Of a stretch of DNA of 64,000 bases, positions 60,911 to 64,000 are shown in pieces. Positions within the stretch are counted from its first letter, which is position 1. Every line of letters starts with the position of its first letter. A program made the position numbers and the translations under genes. The stretch covers positions 1 to 64,000 of the IMG/VR virus record IMGVR_UViG_2596583697_000001. One strand, 5' to 3'. The notes below the pieces were generated by a model, which worked only from the letters and a program-made list of their open reading frames with translations, searched no databases and had not been told where the DNA came from. The DNA is from a virus. Lineage: Duplodnaviria; Caudoviricetes.

Positions 60911-61810
60911 ATGAAGTTAATAGAAAGAGTTTATGGTTTTGTTATCTATGAATTAGACGAAGTAATGATAAATAAATTTGGAGGAAAATACTTCCTGTCA
61001 CAAGCTGAAATATCTGAATATTGGTTGAAAAATCATTCGGTGGAAGAAACCATTTCCGAATTAAAATCATATAATTACGAGGGTATTTTTCAAACAAGGT
61101 TGGAGGCTTATTATCAAGCCAATTTAGTAGAAATGGAACATCAATATAATTTACTTAAAAATAGCATTAAGGAGACTTGTGAGAAAATGAATAATAGAAC
61201 TGACGTTAACTGGTATGAAATATCTGAATAAAAACAAGATTATATTGTGAAGATGGAGGTTGAGAAGATGAGAAGCGAAGACAGATTACAAAGTGTTTAT
61301 ATAGGAGTTGTTGCCGGGATTAAATGTTGTAAAGAAGGGGAAAGGTCAGATTATAACAAAGGGAAGATGGCAGCATATAGCGAGGTACTTAGCGCAATGG
61401 GTATAAATATTGAAGATGTATGCGTTTTGATGGCAAGTGTATGAGCCAATAAATCCACAATTTCAAGCAAGAAAAGGAGAGTAAACGTGAAAATTAAAGA
61501 GAATTTAACAGTAAGAGAAGCAGAGGACTATGCAAAAGAGAACGGATATAATAAGGTGGCATTTAGCCTTAAGATTAACGATAAATATGTCGTAAGTGGA
61601 AAATATTTAGACGCATACTATGATCTCATTGAGATCCCAGTTCTCGGAAGCGGATTTACAAGATTTGCCGATTTATGCAAAGAACATGGGGAGCGAAATT
61701 TATCTATTGATATTATAGACGAAGAAGAACTTAAAAATAGTATATCTTTTGATTTTATTATCAGGGGTAAATTTGACAGTATTCCAGAAGAATACAAAAT
61801 TGCTGAATAA
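60911..61810 (+). CDS. Three hypothetical early genes (60911-61231, ~61268-61444, 61487-61810)
   Basis: RBS-preceded ORFs separated by the 18-bp motif. Confidence 0.65.
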
Positions 61811-61819
61811 AATCAGGAT

Positions 61820-62866
61820 TTGAATGGAGGTAATATCATGACATACCATGAACAAAATGATATCCAGAATATAAAAAAACTTAGAAGTATTATATCTGCA
61901 TTGCCAGCTTATTGCGAAGACTTCTTTCGGGGAATCGAGCCAAGGACTTCCTCGAAGACTAGGATTGCTTATGTGGCCGATCTGAAGCTATTTTTTGATT
62001 ATCTGATCAGAAGTGGTCAAGTAAAAGATATGGAGTCAATTACTCTTGATATGCTTTCAGGCTTGAAAATCATTGATTTTGAAAAGTATATGGAGTGGAT
62101 AAAATGTTGGACTGATGATTCAGGTAAAGAATATACCAACGGAGAAAAAGCTATTGCAAGAAAGTTGTCTACGTTGAAAGCCTTCTACAAGTATTTTCAG
62201 CAGAACGAAAGGATAGCCACTAATTCAGTATCACTTGTGCAACCACCGAAACTACGTGATAAGGAGATTATCAGGCTTGATAACGACGAAATGAAAGCAT
62301 TTATACAGGCGGTAGAAACTGGAGGTAATTTAGAAGGAAGGGAACGTGCCTTCTTTGAAATAACACAGAAGCGAGACTTTGCAATAATCATGTTGATTCT
62401 TACCACAGGAGTCCGTGTTTCTGAATGTGTTGGTTTGGATATTAATGACGTAGATTTCAAAAACAGTGGAATTAGAATCTATCGGAAAGGAGGAAAAGAA
62501 GAAACAGTATATTTCAGTGATGACACCAGAGAGGCGTTGGAACCTTATTTAGAAGAAAGAAAACAGACCGAGGCAATTAAAGGGCATGAGAATGCTCTGT
62601 TTTTATCTCTACAGAACAAACGAATATCAACCAGAAACGTAGAGGATTTGATTCCTAAGTACGCAAGGTTGGCAGGAATCCAGAAGAAGGTTACGCCTCA
62701 TACACTACGTAGAAGCTATGGAACGGCCTTATATAACGCTACAGGGGACATTTACCTAGTTGCTGGTACATTGGGCCATGCAGATGTGAACACTGCGAAA
62801 CGGCACTATGTGGCATTGGAAGACGAGAAAAAAAGAGAAAATAGAAATGCTGTTAGGCTGAGATGA
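61820..62866 (+). CDS. XerC/D-like tyrosine recombinase (likely start 61838)
   Basis: TGVRVSE, RKGGK, TPHTLRRSYGT, LGHADVNT...Y. Confidence 0.92.
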   Translation: MNGGNIMTYHEQNDIQNIKKLRSIISALPAYCEDFFRGIEPRTSSKTRIAYVADLKLFFDYLIRSGQVKDMESITLDMLSGLKIIDFEKYMEWIKCWTDDSGKEYTNGEKAIARKLSTLKAFYKYFQQNERIATNSVSLVQPPKLRDKEIIRLDNDEMKAFIQAVETGGNLEGRERAFFEITQKRDFAIIMLILTTGVRVSECVGLDINDVDFKNSGIRIYRKGGKEETVYFSDDTREALEPYLEERKQTEAIKGHENALFLSLQNKRISTRNVEDLIPKYARLAGIQKKVTPHTLRRSYGTALYNATGDIYLVAGTLGHADVNTAKRHYVALEDEKKRENRNAVRLR

Positions 62867-62927
62867 TGGAAGTGGGTGATTTGCTCCCAATAAAAGCAGT
62901 CTTTGATGAGAAAGAGAGGAAGACATT

Positions 62928-63882
62928 GTGAAGTATAAAATAAATTGTAAGTGGATACTCAGGCATATTCCGAATTTAATTATCAGAGTAATAACTTGTG
63001 ACAAATATTATATATGTGAAAAGTGTAATTCTATACATCGGAGAGATGGAAAAGAGCTTAGAATGGATATAGATCAGAAGCCGTCTCTATTATACAAAAG
63101 TGTAAGTTTTGAGTGCTATGTTAAACAGCAGCGGGAAGTGGGAGAACTGCTAAGGATGTCAATGTTTAAACAGTTACCATAAAACAACCTCTTAATAAGA
63201 ATGGAGAAAAAACAATATGAGTAAAGATAAGCAGCCGGTATTAAACCACGGAGACAAGATAATTTATAATGAAAACGATCCACATGTATGGTATGATAAC
63301 ATGAAAGAAGCACTTGAAAATGCAGGATTTACATTGTCTAAGGAGGTGGCGTAATGGCAGGACTAATTGTTATTATTTTAATAGTTGCATATTACAAGTA
63401 TGCAACTCGTAGGCCTAGATACGGTACCCAAGAGTATCTCGACTGGAAATATAAGAATTACCATGGCGGTGGCGAATATATGAAGTCATTAGAGAAGAAG
63501 AATATGACATGTTCATATAAAGATATCCCAATGACTCCTTCTGAAAAAGAAGCTTATAATAAGCATGAAAGAGAAAATGGAAGACCTGGAATTGAATAAT
63601 CTAAAATTGTAATCAAACCTAGATTTTGTAGAAAGTGGTGAGAACATGTGGAAATATTATATAGAAATTTTGACTGGTAGCTGTACAGGAGATTATGTTG
63701 AAGGAAAAGAGGTCCCAGGTGATGGTATTCCCGTTTGTGCCGATTTAGCAGTAGCTAAGTGGTTTGATTCACCAGATGAATTAAATAAGTGGGCAAAAGA
63801 AAATACATCGTTAAATCTTGAAGAGGGTGAGTATGCAATTTATGGAGTATATTATCCTGAACTAAAGGAGGAAGCGGTATGA
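62928..63882 (+). CDS. Four small hypothetical genes (62928-63182, 63217-63354, 63354-63599, 63646-63882); another runs off the window from 63879
   Basis: RBS-preceded short ORFs; 63354 has an N-terminal TM segment. Confidence 0.6.
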
Positions 63883-64000
63883 CAATTTGGGAAGCGGAAA
63901 AGGAAATTTTGAAAGCGCAAACACCACAGGAGATGGATGAAATTACAAATGGTTTTGATAAAAAGGACTTACAAAACATTGTTAAATTGCTTGTAGATAG

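Larger units (their letters stand above)
54031..63629. repeat. Dispersed 18-bp imperfect palindrome ATRAAA-N6-TTTYAT at gene junctions (~20 copies)
   Basis: e.g. 54233 ATAAAA-CGATTA-TTTCAT, 56477 ATGAAA-AGTAAG-TTTCAT, 58364 ATGAAA-AATAGA-TTTTAT, 62890 ATAAAA-GCAGTC-TTTGAT. Confidence 0.8.
1..64000. mobile_element. SPbeta-like temperate phage/prophage segment (late module plus part of early region); no att ends visible
   Basis: Gene order RNAP-HU-phosphoesterase-terS-terL-portal-scaffold-capsid-tail-lysis-recombinase-tape measure-baseplate-fibre mirrors the SPbeta yon/yom block; no host housekeeping genes. Confidence 0.92.

Overview
About 64 kb of an AT-rich SPbeta-like temperate phage or prophage. 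The host is probably Lachnospiraceae, judging from Lacrimispora/Enterocloster-type cell-wall-binding repeats. Positions 1-47.5 kb are a minus-strand late region: YonO-like single-subunit RNA polymerase, two HU proteins, tRNA-Ser, terminase, portal, scaffold, capsid, neck/tail genes, lysis genes, a tyrosine recombinase, tape measure, baseplate and fibres. A 1.7 kb non-coding switch region follows, then a plus-strand early region with candidate large ncRNAs, a HigBA-like toxin-antitoxin (TA) pair, many small ORFs, an HNH-AP2 nuclease and a second tyrosine recombinase. The main finding is that the tape-measure gene is interrupted by a ~2.35 kb group I intron (recognisable P3-P8 core, covarying P7). 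The intron has no homing endonuclease; it carries an AbiF-like HEPN toxin with a candidate RNA antitoxin and an antisense Zn-ribbon membrane gene, looped out by long-range pairing. Other highlights: ~20 copies of an 18-bp ATRAAA-N6-TTTYAT site at early-gene junctions, a protein followed by a ~400-nt ncRNA with 7-nt periodic repeats, a likely -1 frameshift in the tail fibre, a permuted twister ribozyme, and ATA/ATT starts. All calls come from reading the sequence by eye; no searches were run.
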